Position numbers and translations under genes: made by a program. This document shows, one piece after another, positions 29,350-39,147 of a DNA stretch of 64,000 nt (its first letter is position 1; each line of letters starts with the position of its first letter). The notes beneath the pieces are model-generated. The model was not told the origin of the DNA. It was given only the letters and a program-made list of their open reading frames with translations, and ran no database searches. This DNA comes from Candidatus Aenigmatarchaeota archaeon (GTDB lineage: Archaea; Aenigmatarchaeota; Aenigmatarchaeia; QMZP01; QMZT01), in contig JBGPQP010000002.1 in assembly GCA_041489155.1 (NCBI GenBank), positions 54,449 to 118,448 on the forward strand, in the 5' to 3' direction.

Positions 29350-31107
29350 CTACTTTACTGTTACCGATTTTGCCAGATTCCTCGGTGTATCTATTTCACA
29401 TCCTCTCTGCAGGCCGAGGTGATAGGCCAGCAGCTGGATCGGGATTATGTTCACAAGCGGCGAAGCGAGACCGACATCCGGCGTCTTTATCCAGAAATCG
29501 AAAACGTCATATTTCTTCGGCCCGACTCCGATTATGTAACCGCCCCGCGCCTTGATTTCCATGGCGTTGCTTATCGTGTCATGGTCAGCGCCGCCTCCGG
29601 TCAGAACTATGCAGGGCGTGTTTTTTTCTATAAGCGCGATAGGCCCGTGCTTCAGCTCGCCTCCGGCGAAACCATGGGCGTGTATGTAGCTGACCTCCAT
29701 TATCTTAAGGGCGGATTCCAAGGCGACCGGATAGTTGAGGGACCGTCCTATCACATAGATGTTCCTTTTCCTGCATATCTGCTTAGCCAAGTTCTTTATC
29801 CTTTCATCGTATCTGGGATTAAGCATGTCATTTATTTTACCGGCGGCGTCAAGCAGAAGCCATTTGCCTTCATCCATCTTGCCTTTGCATGCATATGCAA
29901 TAAGATATATTATTGCAAGCTGTGCGGTCGTGGCTTTCGTAGAAGCTACTGCTTTTTCCGGGCCTGCATTTATGAAAAAGGTGAAATCTGACATGCGGTC
30001 TAGTGATGAACCTTTAACGTTTATCAGCGATATTACCTTTACGCCTTTTGTCTTGGCCGCCTTCACGGCTTCCAAGACATCCGCAGTCTCCCCGCTCTGG
30101 GAAACGGTTATCAGCAGGGTTTTCTTTGTGAGAAAATCCGTGTAATTCGGGAATTCGGAAGAAACTATGTAATTGACATGCTTGTTGGCAATGGCAGAAA
30201 ATATGTACTCGCCGGTATGGCATACGTTTCCGGCAGTTCCGCATCCTGTAAGGAAAACGCCGTAAGCCTTGTTTATCTCTTTTGCTACCTTCTCTATTTC
30301 CCTGTCGTTCTGGTTTATCGCCCTGATGATGGTTTCCTTCTGCTCCATTATTTCTTTTATCATGAAATGTTCGTAGTCGCCTTTCTCTGCCTGCCTCGCA
30401 TCCCAGTCTATCCTTATTATCCTTTTTTCGATGTTCTTGCCGCTTTCTATGCTCAGGAATACTGGTTTTTTGTATCTTTCAAGAACGACCATTTCCCCGT
30501 CATCAAGATACATGACATTGTTTGTTCTCTTCAGAAACGCGGGAACGTCCGATGCAATGAAGTATTCATTGCTGCCTACCCCGAGAATAAGAGGCGAGCC
30601 GTTCCTTGCGGCAACGATGCCGTCAAAATCATCTTTTATGGCCAGAACAGCAGACCTGCCCTTCAATAATCTCATGGTCCTTCTCAAAGCTTCCGGCAGG
30701 CCGAGCTCGATGTTGTCTTCTATGAGATGCGCTACAATCTCGCTGTCGGTTTCTGATCTGAACACGTGCCCTTTCTTTGCCAGACTCTTCCTGATTGCCT
30801 CGAAGTTCTCTATTATACCGTTATGGATTATTGCTATGCGCTTTTCGCAGTCAAGATGTGGGTGCGCATTCGCCTTGGAAGCCTTGCCATGCGTTGCCCA
30901 TCTGGTATGCGCAATCCCAAGGGAACCAGGAAGTTTTTCGAAGCCTGCCTCGCTTACCTTTCCCTTGCTCTTTCTTACCCATATCTTTCCGTTTTCAAGC
31001 GTTGCGAAGCCATAGGAATCATAACCACGGTATTCGAGCTTCCGCAGACCATCAAAAAGCAGGGGTGTCGCGTCGCTTTTTCCTATGTAGCCTATTATGC
31101 CGCACAT
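29350..31107 (-). CDS. glmS: Glutamine--fructose-6-phosphate aminotransferase
   Basis: MCGIIG, LEYRGYDS, AHTRWATHG, HNGIIEN, SQSGETAD, ELKHGP, PRNLAKSVTV. Confidence 0.97.
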   Translation of the reverse strand: MCGIIGYIGKSDATPLLFDGLRKLEYRGYDSYGFATLENGKIWVRKSKGKVSEAGFEKLPGSLGIAHTRWATHGKASKANAHPHLDCEKRIAIIHNGIIENFEAIRKSLAKKGHVFRSETDSEIVAHLIEDNIELGLPEALRRTMRLLKGRSAVLAIKDDFDGIVAARNGSPLILGVGSNEYFIASDVPAFLKRTNNVMYLDDGEMVVLERYKKPVFLSIESGKNIEKRIIRIDWDARQAEKGDYEHFMIKEIMEQKETIIRAINQNDREIEKVAKEINKAYGVFLTGCGTAGNVCHTGEYIFSAIANKHVNYIVSSEFPNYTDFLTKKTLLITVSQSGETADVLEAVKAAKTKGVKVISLINVKGSSLDRMSDFTFFINAGPEKAVASTKATTAQLAIIYLIAYACKGKMDEGKWLLLDAAGKINDMLNPRYDERIKNLAKQICRKRNIYVIGRSLNYPVALESALKIMEVSYIHAHGFAGGELKHGPIALIEKNTPCIVLTGGGADHDTISNAMEIKARGGYIIGVGPKKYDVFDFWIKTPDVGLASPLVNIIPIQLLAYHLGLQRGCEIDTPRNLAKSVTVK

Positions 31108-31138
31108 GAGAATTCATTCTCCTTCGTTATATAAACGC

Positions 31139-31240
31139 TTTATTGAAAAATTTTTCATAATATTACGCTTCCTTGAGCAGCATGTTTATATAACTTTGTT
31201 ATGATAAAGTTTTAAATATTATAAAAAAATTTATAATATT
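31139..31240. promoter_or_regulatory. Divergent promoter region with two related AT-rich inverted repeats (candidate operators)
   Basis: TGAAAAATTTTTCA at 31144-31157 and AATATTATAAA-N4-TTTATAATATT at 31215-31240. TATA-like boxes at about 31128-31135 (- strand) and 31211-31218 (+ strand). Confidence 0.6.
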
Positions 31241-32167
31241 ATGAAAGAGAAATACTACATCCTAAGAACCGGGAAAGCAAACGAAATCTCGAATGCGAAG
31301 GTTTTTGAAAGACCCGAGGTCATGAAATCCATGACCAGCCCTCTAGGCATCAGAATACTGCAAGCGCTTTCTTCGCCGAAATGCCCGATGGATATAGCCA
31401 GAAAACTCGGCGAGCATGAGCAGAAAATCTATTATTATATAAACAAGTTCAGGAAACACGGCCTTATAGAAGAAATCAGAACGGAAAAAAGGAAAGGGAC
31501 GCTGGCTAAATTCTACCAGATAACCAGCAACGCATTCATAGTCAGAATAGGCGAAACCAGATGGGAAAAATTTGACTCTTCCTCGCCACACCAGAAAAAA
31601 TCGCTCGAACCTTTCATAAAGAATGGGAAAATTGATTTTACCATAATTATCGGCTCCCCTGATCCTCACGGCCCATGGAAGGAGCGCGCGCTGGATTCGC
31701 CGGCAGCGATTGACCTCGCCCTTTTCCTGGGATCTTTTGCAAAGGAAAAGATTTCGCCCAATTACAAATTGGATATAGAGATTCGCGAAAAGGATCTGAA
31801 AAACAATCTGATACTGATAGGAGGGCCCGTCGTCAACATGGTAACCAAAAGGCTGAACAAATCAATGCCCGTGAACTTCGATTTCAAGGGCAGGGACATA
31901 ATGTCCGGCATTTCAAAAAACGTCTACAAGGACGACCAGTTCGGCATCATAAACCTGATCGAAAACCCATGGAACCGCTCGAAAAAGATTCTGGTTTTCG
32001 CTGGCAAGCGCTTTCCAGGGACGAGAGCGGCGATACTTGCCTTCATGAGCGATCCAGAGCGTATACTCAGAGGCAACCGCTTCGACCATTCGAAAATATC
32101 GAAGGTCGTCAGAGGATATGACATGGACGGCGACGGCATCATAGACAAGGCGGAGATACTGGAATAA
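31241..32167 (+). CDS. ArsR-like HTH transcriptional regulator with C-terminal S-layer-like/effector domain
   Basis: RILQALS..K.PMDIARKLGEHEQKIYYYINKF HTH. C-terminal GSPDPHGP, NLILIGGPVVN, AGKRFPGTRAA. Confidence 0.75.
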   Translation: MKEKYYILRTGKANEISNAKVFERPEVMKSMTSPLGIRILQALSSPKCPMDIARKLGEHEQKIYYYINKFRKHGLIEEIRTEKRKGTLAKFYQITSNAFIVRIGETRWEKFDSSSPHQKKSLEPFIKNGKIDFTIIIGSPDPHGPWKERALDSPAAIDLALFLGSFAKEKISPNYKLDIEIREKDLKNNLILIGGPVVNMVTKRLNKSMPVNFDFKGRDIMSGISKNVYKDDQFGIINLIENPWNRSKKILVFAGKRFPGTRAAILAFMSDPERILRGNRFDHSKISKVVRGYDMDGDGIIDKAEILE

Positions 32168-32178
32168 AAAGTCCTGTT

Positions 32179-33252
32179 TTATTTTAATTTAACAGTCCAA
32201 TATGACGGATCTGGTTTAGCTCCCATTTCCCTCTTAAAATCATCCAGACTTTTGAGTTCGGACCCTCCAAGGAGAACTTCTTCAATACCATTTGATTTCA
32301 AATCTTCAAACAGTGTGAGATAAGCTCCTATTGGCATCGCGGTTAAACCTCTTTTCCTTTCTGGTTCATTTCCGAGAATTTCATCGACATTCCTTATCGT
32401 AAATGGTGTATATAACGCGACTCTTCTGTCAGAAACCTTTTCGCCAACAAACAATGAGACGGGCACGCAGTCATCCAAAAAACCGAGATATGAAAATACC
32501 GAATTCAATTTTGTCAAGTTCGGATCTATGGAGTTATAATGGTCTTCTGGAACCGAACTGATTTGTCTACCCATTTTCCTGAGCATCTCAAAATGTTTTC
32601 TTATAATTAGTTTTGCAGTATCATGATCTTCTTTTCCGTGATAACGCCTAAGATTATACTCCAAACCATTTCTTTTCAAGAAATTATCGAACCTGTTGGA
32701 TGCCAGCCTTAATTTTCTATTGGTAATATCGTTTAGAGTTATCAAAGAATGTGAAAAGGTCTCGTCTTCTCTGGGAGCAGACTGATGCCATGGATTATTG
32801 GATTCATCGACGGATACGAAACCCTCATAAAGCAATTCATCTTGTTGCTTTCTTGCCAAAAAGCGCACATAAACTCCTTTGCAGAGTATTTTGCAATCAC
32901 TTATTGCAACATCAGTAAATTTCATGATTTTCTTTGTCGCGTTTTTACCTCTTGGTGCAACCACAAAAAGATAACCATCAGACTCTTCTGGTTCCAACTC
33001 TTTCCTATAATAGCCGATGGAAAATAAGGTTTCCCCATCTTCAAAAACCATCCCGTAGGGATACCTTGAACTTCTTCCCCTAGGATTAAGGCCGTTTGAA
33101 TAAAGAGCGAAAGCTAAATTACTTAGTCCATAGCTACCGTCTTTATACTTTTCGATTATTCCACTTTCTTTTGGAGTATAGGGTCTGACTACCCCCTTAA
33201 ACTTGTTTAACAAAATGCTTTCTGCGATATCTCTCCTGGTACCTATAGTCAT
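32179..33252 (-). CDS. Hypothetical protein, AT-rich, possibly GNAT/DUF2156-like
   Basis: 357-aa ORF. C-terminal GIEEVLLGGSELKSLDDFK resembles the end of Fem/DUF2156-type GNAT folds. Confidence 0.55.
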   Translation of the reverse strand: MTIGTRRDIAESILLNKFKGVVRPYTPKESGIIEKYKDGSYGLSNLAFALYSNGLNPRGRSSRYPYGMVFEDGETLFSIGYYRKELEPEESDGYLFVVAPRGKNATKKIMKFTDVAISDCKILCKGVYVRFLARKQQDELLYEGFVSVDESNNPWHQSAPREDETFSHSLITLNDITNRKLRLASNRFDNFLKRNGLEYNLRRYHGKEDHDTAKLIIRKHFEMLRKMGRQISSVPEDHYNSIDPNLTKLNSVFSYLGFLDDCVPVSLFVGEKVSDRRVALYTPFTIRNVDEILGNEPERKRGLTAMPIGAYLTLFEDLKSNGIEEVLLGGSELKSLDDFKREMGAKPDPSYWTVKLK

Positions 33253-33346
33253 TTTATCACTAAATGATAGTTATTACTAGACTATATTAAATATTGTAGT
33301 AAAAACTTTTACGAAAATATTTAAATATGGAAGGCAATCTAATTTT

Positions 33347-34072
33347 ATGAAAGAAGTGCTGAAAGAGCTTGGCCTCACGAACAACGAGATTGAGGTGTAT
33401 CTAACGCTCCTGAGAAAGGGGTCGATATCGGTCAATGAGATTGCGCAGCGATCAGGCCTTCACAGGCAGGCCGTTTACGACGCGCTGGAGCGGCTTCTCG
33501 AGAAAGGGTTCGTCAGCTTCGTCATAAAAAACGGCAAGAAATATTTCCAAGGAATTGCTCCCGGAAAAATACTGGGCTACCTCAAGGAAAGGGAAGATAG
33601 ATTCAGGTCGATATTGCCTGAACTGATAGGTATGACCAAACTCCCGATGGAAGACACGACGGTCGAGGTTTTCAAGGGCAGAAGAATCGTAAAAACAATC
33701 TACAGGGACATAATAAATGAATTCCAGAAAAAACCCGGGGAAATCTTTATTTCAGGGGTCGATGAGAGGAGATTTGTGGATGAGGATAAAATCGCCCTGT
33801 ACCAGCACTTGAAGAGGCTTCAAAAATTAGATTGCTCCGAGAGGATACTGGTAAAGGAAGGTGATACTTATTTTGTCAAAGGTACCCAGACTGAATACAG
33901 ATGGATTCCTAAGGAATCGTTTAACCCGACTCCGATTTATGTATATGGCAACAAGCTCACAATAGTTATCTGGGGCAGTCCAAATTACGCGATAATAATC
34001 GAGAATAGAAATCTAGCCGATTCGTACAGGAAGCAGTTCAATCTGCTTTGGAAGATTTCCAAAAGGGTGTGA
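33347..34072 (+). CDS. TrmB family transcriptional regulator
   Basis: LKELGLTNNEIEVYLTLL...IAQRSGLHRQAVYDALERLLEKGFVS, with a C-terminal PLD-like effector domain. Confidence 0.9.
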   Translation: MKEVLKELGLTNNEIEVYLTLLRKGSISVNEIAQRSGLHRQAVYDALERLLEKGFVSFVIKNGKKYFQGIAPGKILGYLKEREDRFRSILPELIGMTKLPMEDTTVEVFKGRRIVKTIYRDIINEFQKKPGEIFISGVDERRFVDEDKIALYQHLKRLQKLDCSERILVKEGDTYFVKGTQTEYRWIPKESFNPTPIYVYGNKLTIVIWGSPNYAIIIENRNLADSYRKQFNLLWKISKRV

Positions 34073-34113
34073 TGACACATCCTTTATTTAAAATTTTAAG
34101 GGAAATAATCAAC

Positions 34114-34341
34114 ATGAAAACTGGAGAAAAAGGCAAGGACCGGGATTTGCCGGTCATACTTTACGGCTTTATTATAGTAATCATAGCAGTGCTTGGAATA
34201 CTGGCCTTGAATTTAGGTGCGAGCCGCATAACGGGAGGTATCGCTTCCCTTTCCCAGTCACCTGAAATAATGCTTGCCATGGTGTTTTTTGCAGTGGTTC
34301 TAATCGGCGGGTTTTATCTGTTCAAGAACAAGGAAGTATGA
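34114..34341 (+). CDS. Small membrane protein (2 TM)
   Basis: Two hydrophobic helices. ATG at 34114. Confidence 0.6.
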   Translation: MKTGEKGKDRDLPVILYGFIIVIIAVLGILALNLGASRITGGIASLSQSPEIMLAMVFFAVVLIGGFYLFKNKEV

Positions 34342-34351
34342 TCAAAAAACA

Positions 34352-35545
34352 TTATTCGAAAATCATTGCTCTCGGCTGTTTCGAGCGCTCTGTCTCCCGC
34401 TCCTCGAACATTCCGATTGCCTGATCTATATCGGTTTTCATCTTCTCAAAGCGCTGCTCGTAGTTATTGACGAAGTCGTTTATGAACTGCGTCATGTGGG
34501 CGCGGAATACCTTTATCTCCTCTGACTTCTTGGCGAGGTCCGACGAGGTTTTCGCCTCGCCCAGCGAGAGACGTGCAATTATTTTGTCGCTTGCCTCGTT
34601 AAGCTTTGCGACGAGATTCTCCTTGAAGATCTTGTTTTCCTCGGCGAATTTCGCGAAATTCTCCTCGCTGATTTTCTTAAGGTTTTCAAGGCCGAGTTCT
34701 ACGTTCTTCAGCCTGTGGTCGAAATAGGAATCCTTTTCCTTCATGGAATCCAAGCGCCCTGCAACGTTCTTGAACTCGTTCATGAGCGAGCCGAAGTCCC
34801 TCTTGAGATTCTCCTTTTTCACGCTGAACATGTCGAGCTTGCCTGCAACGCTCATTTCGAACTCCTCTATTTTTGCTTTCTGCTCGTCAGCGAATTTCTC
34901 GAAGTCCTTTACGTCCTTCGTCAGCCTAGCTTCAAGGGCTTTTGCCTTCGCGACCTCTGACATCAGCTCTTTTTCGACTAAATTCATCCTCTCGTTTATT
35001 CCGCTTTTCAATGCATCCTGCCTTCCCGAGAGCTCTGAAATGGATTTGTTCAGTAAATTCACATCATTACAAAGCTTAGCGATGTTTTTGGCGTATTCCT
35101 CGTTTCTTTCGATGGTTTTTCGTATGCTTTCCTTCAAAGCCTGTGTATCTTTGAGGTTTTTGTCCATCGTGTCCTTTAACTGAGAAGAAAGGGTGGCGCT
35201 TATCGCTTTCGACCTTTCAGTAAGCTGTGCATTTATCTCCCTTCCTATGAGCTTTATGTCCTCCTCTGACTTATTTTTCAGGGCAATCTGCTTGCTCTCG
35301 ACAGAAGCGATTGCCTTTTCAAGCGAGCTCATGAAAGAGCGGATATTCGTAAGCGTGTCGTCTTTTCTCTCGAGCTTTTCCTGCGCGATTTGCAGTTCGC
35401 CCTTGAGAAGCCCGATTTCCTGCGAGTTTTTGTCGCCCGTTTTTTTCACCTGTTCAATTATGTAGTCGTGTTTCTGGCGAAGCTCTTCTTTCTCTTTCTT
35501 TATCTCGTTTATTCTTTCCTTTATCCTGTCAATTTTTTCGCTCAT
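34352..35545 (-). CDS. Long coiled-coil protein (397 aa)
   Basis: E/K/L-rich and helical throughout. ATGA overlap with the upstream gene. Confidence 0.8.
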   Translation of the reverse strand: MSEKIDRIKERINEIKKEKEELRQKHDYIIEQVKKTGDKNSQEIGLLKGELQIAQEKLERKDDTLTNIRSFMSSLEKAIASVESKQIALKNKSEEDIKLIGREINAQLTERSKAISATLSSQLKDTMDKNLKDTQALKESIRKTIERNEEYAKNIAKLCNDVNLLNKSISELSGRQDALKSGINERMNLVEKELMSEVAKAKALEARLTKDVKDFEKFADEQKAKIEEFEMSVAGKLDMFSVKKENLKRDFGSLMNEFKNVAGRLDSMKEKDSYFDHRLKNVELGLENLKKISEENFAKFAEENKIFKENLVAKLNEASDKIIARLSLGEAKTSSDLAKKSEEIKVFRAHMTQFINDFVNNYEQRFEKMKTDIDQAIGMFEERETERSKQPRAMIFE

Positions 35546-38500
35546 GATTCCACGTGCCTGAGAAGTTCTTCAAGCTCCTCTTCCTTCTCCTTTTTGGTTT
35601 TCGTGATGCTCTCAGCAACAGAATCGATTTTCTTTTCCGTTTCTCCAATTCTGATATTAAGCACGGACTCCTGTGTTTTCATGCGCTTTTCAAGATCCTT
35701 CATGAAGTCCCTCAGCTTAAGGTCAACATTGTCTTCTACTGCCCTGTTTATCGATTTAACATTCTCTATGACTAGGGTTCTCGCCTTTTTGACGGTGTAA
35801 ACATCATCCCTTACGGCTTCGATCTTGCCGCCAAGCCTTTCAATCTTCTCGCTCAACTTTTCAAGAACCATTTGCAGCTCTACCACCTCGGTCCTCAATG
35901 ATTTTTTGGTTTCAGAGATGTCGCCTTTTTTGTCCTTTGAGAACGCCAGAAGTTTGTTGTCGATAAGCGAGGTGCTTTCCTTCATAACTTCGTTCTTTAT
36001 GGAATCCTTTATATCGTAAAACTTCTTGGTCTCCCCATCCAGGTCATTGAGCCTCCTGCCGATCTCGCCCTTGACTGCCATGAGTTCCTTGAGGGATTTG
36101 TTGGTTTCGATCCATCTCTCTCTTTCGCCTGCTTGGAATTTGACCTTGAGGCTTTCGATGAGCGCATCGGTGTCTTTCTTTGCCTTTTCTGTTTTTTCGA
36201 GTCTTCTTGCCTCGCTCGTGTCGAAGTCCTTCTTGATGGACGAGAGTCTCTTTTCAAACTCTGCCTTCGCGAAGGAAAGGTCCGACTTTATCATGTCAAG
36301 ATTATCCGAGATGTCTGAGATGGTCGCCTTGACCCTTTGTTCAACGTCAGCCTTCAGCTTTTCAACGACCTTGTCCACCTCTCCGGTCTTTTTGCCGGTG
36401 GCCTTGTCCACGTCGCTCGTAAGCTTCCCGATCGTTTTCCCGAGCTCAACCTTGAATTGTGAGAGGTTCGCTTCGACCTCCCTTACTCTCATGTCAACGG
36501 TTTTCATAAGCTCGTTTATCTTGGTGTCGGTGTCGTCCCTTGCGTTTTCGAATCTCTCCCCTATTCCTTCCACGATGTCCTTTACTCTTTCATTCACGCC
36601 CGAAAGGCTTTCCTTGTAAATCTCCTTCTTAAGCTCTTTCCTCATTTCGGATAATTCGGCTATTTTTATGTCGATTTGCTTCAGCTTCTCGTCTATCTTG
36701 CCTTTCTCCGCAATGAATTCCTTGAGGGTCTTGTCGACCTCTGTGCGCTTCTGGACTTCTGTTTTCTGTATCTCCTTTTTGAAGTCGCTTATGGCAATAT
36801 TTATTTCCCTTTCTTTTGCCTTGGCGTCGGCTGACACAGCGCTGACCATCGTTTCGAAGTCCCTGGATTTCTCCTTTATTATAGAGTCGAATTTCTGGCT
36901 CAGATTAACAGTGAAACTGTCAACCTCCTTTCTAAGGGAAGTGGTTTCGGCTGCAATCTGCTTTATCTGTGTGCTGGTGTTGGCTGCAAGTGCGGAAAAT
37001 CTGCCATCGATGTCTTTTTGGAGAGTTTTTGAAAGCAGGTCTGCATTCTTGTCCATAGCTAGGTCGCGCTTTTCGAACTCCTTCCTAAGGGTTTCCATTT
37101 TCTTTTCGATATCTGCCTTTATGGAGGCGGTAATGCCCTGGAAGCTTGCGTTGAGATCGTCAACGTCGCTTTCCATGGCAGAAATCTTGTCAACCATGCT
37201 GTCCTCGACGACTTCGAACTTCTTCTCCAGTTCGTCGATTATCATCTTAAGCTTTTCCTGCACTCCGGCCAGGCTTTCCTTGGTTATCTGCTTGCGCAGG
37301 GTTTCGGAAGCATGAGAGAACTTTTCCAGTTCTGCTGAAACCTCGTTTATCTTCTCGTCGACCTGGCCTTTCACGGCCATGAATTCCTTTATTATCCCGC
37401 TGATCTCCGCCTTCCTCTTGGTTTCGCCTGTTTCGGCGGATCTGTTAAGCATATCGATTGATTTCGCAAGGTTCGCTTTCAGGCCATCGATGTCCTCGTT
37501 TATGCCCGTTATCTGTTCGTAAAGCTTTTCAGCCTCTGCTTCAAGCCTCTTGCCGAGGGATGCGTTTATGCGGGTAAGGGACGCATCAAGCTTCTTCTCT
37601 CTTCTTTCCTCCCCTGCCTCGACCTTCCTGTTTATGGTCGCTACCAGTTTTTCGACTTCTTCCTTGGTGGTTATGAGGTCGGTTCTCAGCGAGCCGAGGT
37701 TCTTGTCCCAGACATTAGCTGAATCAAGGACCTGCTTGTCTACCTTGTCCTTCATGCCGGCAAGGACAGCGTCAAATTCCTTTGATTTCGAAACCATGAA
37801 ATCGCGCGTGTCCACCTTTGCTTTGCCCAGCGTTTTCTCAAGTTCGACCCTGAATCTGGTCAGCTCGCTTTCCGCGTCCATTATCTTCTTGCCAAGGTTC
37901 GCCTTGAGCTCTTCGACATCGCCGCTTACCTCGGCAACATGAGCATATATGTCGTCAGTCGTGTTTTCCAGCTTCTTGTTCAGCGCGCTGTTTAGCCTCG
38001 CCATTTCACTGTCTATTCTTTTCTCCCTTCTTTCCTCGCCTATCTCGACCTTCCTGTTTATGGTCGCTATCAGCTTTTCGACATCGCTTTTAAGGGCAAC
38101 GATTTCGGTTCTGAGGGAGCCGAGCTTCTTGTCCCACTCGCTCGCTGACGCCTGAAGCTGGGCATTCATTTTCTCTTTCAGTTCAGCCAGAAGGGTGTCG
38201 AATTCCTTGGACTTGGTTGCGACAAAGTCGCGCGTGTCCACTTTGGCCTTGCTTAGCGTTTTCTCAAGCTCGACCCTGAACCTGTTAAGATGCTCCTCGG
38301 CCACAATAACCTTTTTGTCGACGTCCGCGGCAAGGCTGCTGAACTTGTCTTCCAGATTGGCAGAAAGCGTTTCAAGCGCCTGGTTCATCTCCTTCGTTTT
38401 CTTTACGTCAAGCCTCTCGACGATTCCTTCCATAGATGCGATGGCTTTTGAGAAATCGACCTTGGTTTTGTCGAGCTCCTCTGTCACGTGCGCCAGAGCC

Positions 38501-39147
38501 TCGCCCAGCTCCTTCGCTTTCTTTATGTCCACCTTTTCCATTTCGTTGCGCAAGGCGTTCGCTTGGCGCTCAAATTCCTTCTTGAAGTTGTCTATCGAAT
38601 TCCCTACGCCTATTTTCAGGACGCTGAACTGGTCCTCAATCTTCCTGACGTCCTCGCCGAATTTCGCCTTTATCTCCTCTACCTTCTCGGCGAGCTCTTC
38701 GGAGCCGAACGTCTGGACGGTGGAGATGCGCTTTGCCATGTCTGCGACGGCCTTCTTGAATTCGCCCATGGTCGCCATCATGGCTGCCTGCTTCTCGCTG
38801 TTCTTGACCATCTCGTTCTTGAAATTACCGACTATGACGTTGAAATCATCAACTTTTTTGAGGGCGGAATTTATTGAAACGTCGTATTCCTTTATCTTAT
38901 GCAACCTCACCTCGAACTCGTCGAGCTTCGCCCTTACAGGCTTTATGTTCTGGTCGACGAAGTCAATAAGACGCCTCCCTGACTCCTCGTAAAGGATGCC
39001 TGCCTGCTTGAGCTTCTCGATGAGGTACCTGTTCCTCTCTTCAAGATAATTCTTCTCGTTCTCGAGTTCCGTAAGAAGGCGCTTCTTCTCTTGGTTATCC
39101 TTCTTGAGATTCCTCAGGCCTTCCTCGAGTTCCTTGAGTTCGGTCAT
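35542..39147 (-). CDS. Very long coiled-coil protein (1201 aa) with internal repeats
   Basis: Almost proline-free, E/K/A/L-rich, with a 142-aa tandem duplication and no ATPase motifs. TAATG overlap with the upstream gene. Confidence 0.85.
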   Translation of the reverse strand: MTELKELEEGLRNLKKDNQEKKRLLTELENEKNYLEERNRYLIEKLKQAGILYEESGRRLIDFVDQNIKPVRAKLDEFEVRLHKIKEYDVSINSALKKVDDFNVIVGNFKNEMVKNSEKQAAMMATMGEFKKAVADMAKRISTVQTFGSEELAEKVEEIKAKFGEDVRKIEDQFSVLKIGVGNSIDNFKKEFERQANALRNEMEKVDIKKAKELGEALAHVTEELDKTKVDFSKAIASMEGIVERLDVKKTKEMNQALETLSANLEDKFSSLAADVDKKVIVAEEHLNRFRVELEKTLSKAKVDTRDFVATKSKEFDTLLAELKEKMNAQLQASASEWDKKLGSLRTEIVALKSDVEKLIATINRKVEIGEERREKRIDSEMARLNSALNKKLENTTDDIYAHVAEVSGDVEELKANLGKKIMDAESELTRFRVELEKTLGKAKVDTRDFMVSKSKEFDAVLAGMKDKVDKQVLDSANVWDKNLGSLRTDLITTKEEVEKLVATINRKVEAGEERREKKLDASLTRINASLGKRLEAEAEKLYEQITGINEDIDGLKANLAKSIDMLNRSAETGETKRKAEISGIIKEFMAVKGQVDEKINEVSAELEKFSHASETLRKQITKESLAGVQEKLKMIIDELEKKFEVVEDSMVDKISAMESDVDDLNASFQGITASIKADIEKKMETLRKEFEKRDLAMDKNADLLSKTLQKDIDGRFSALAANTSTQIKQIAAETTSLRKEVDSFTVNLSQKFDSIIKEKSRDFETMVSAVSADAKAKEREINIAISDFKKEIQKTEVQKRTEVDKTLKEFIAEKGKIDEKLKQIDIKIAELSEMRKELKKEIYKESLSGVNERVKDIVEGIGERFENARDDTDTKINELMKTVDMRVREVEANLSQFKVELGKTIGKLTSDVDKATGKKTGEVDKVVEKLKADVEQRVKATISDISDNLDMIKSDLSFAKAEFEKRLSSIKKDFDTSEARRLEKTEKAKKDTDALIESLKVKFQAGERERWIETNKSLKELMAVKGEIGRRLNDLDGETKKFYDIKDSIKNEVMKESTSLIDNKLLAFSKDKKGDISETKKSLRTEVVELQMVLEKLSEKIERLGGKIEAVRDDVYTVKKARTLVIENVKSINRAVEDNVDLKLRDFMKDLEKRMKTQESVLNIRIGETEKKIDSVAESITKTKKEKEEELEELLRHVES

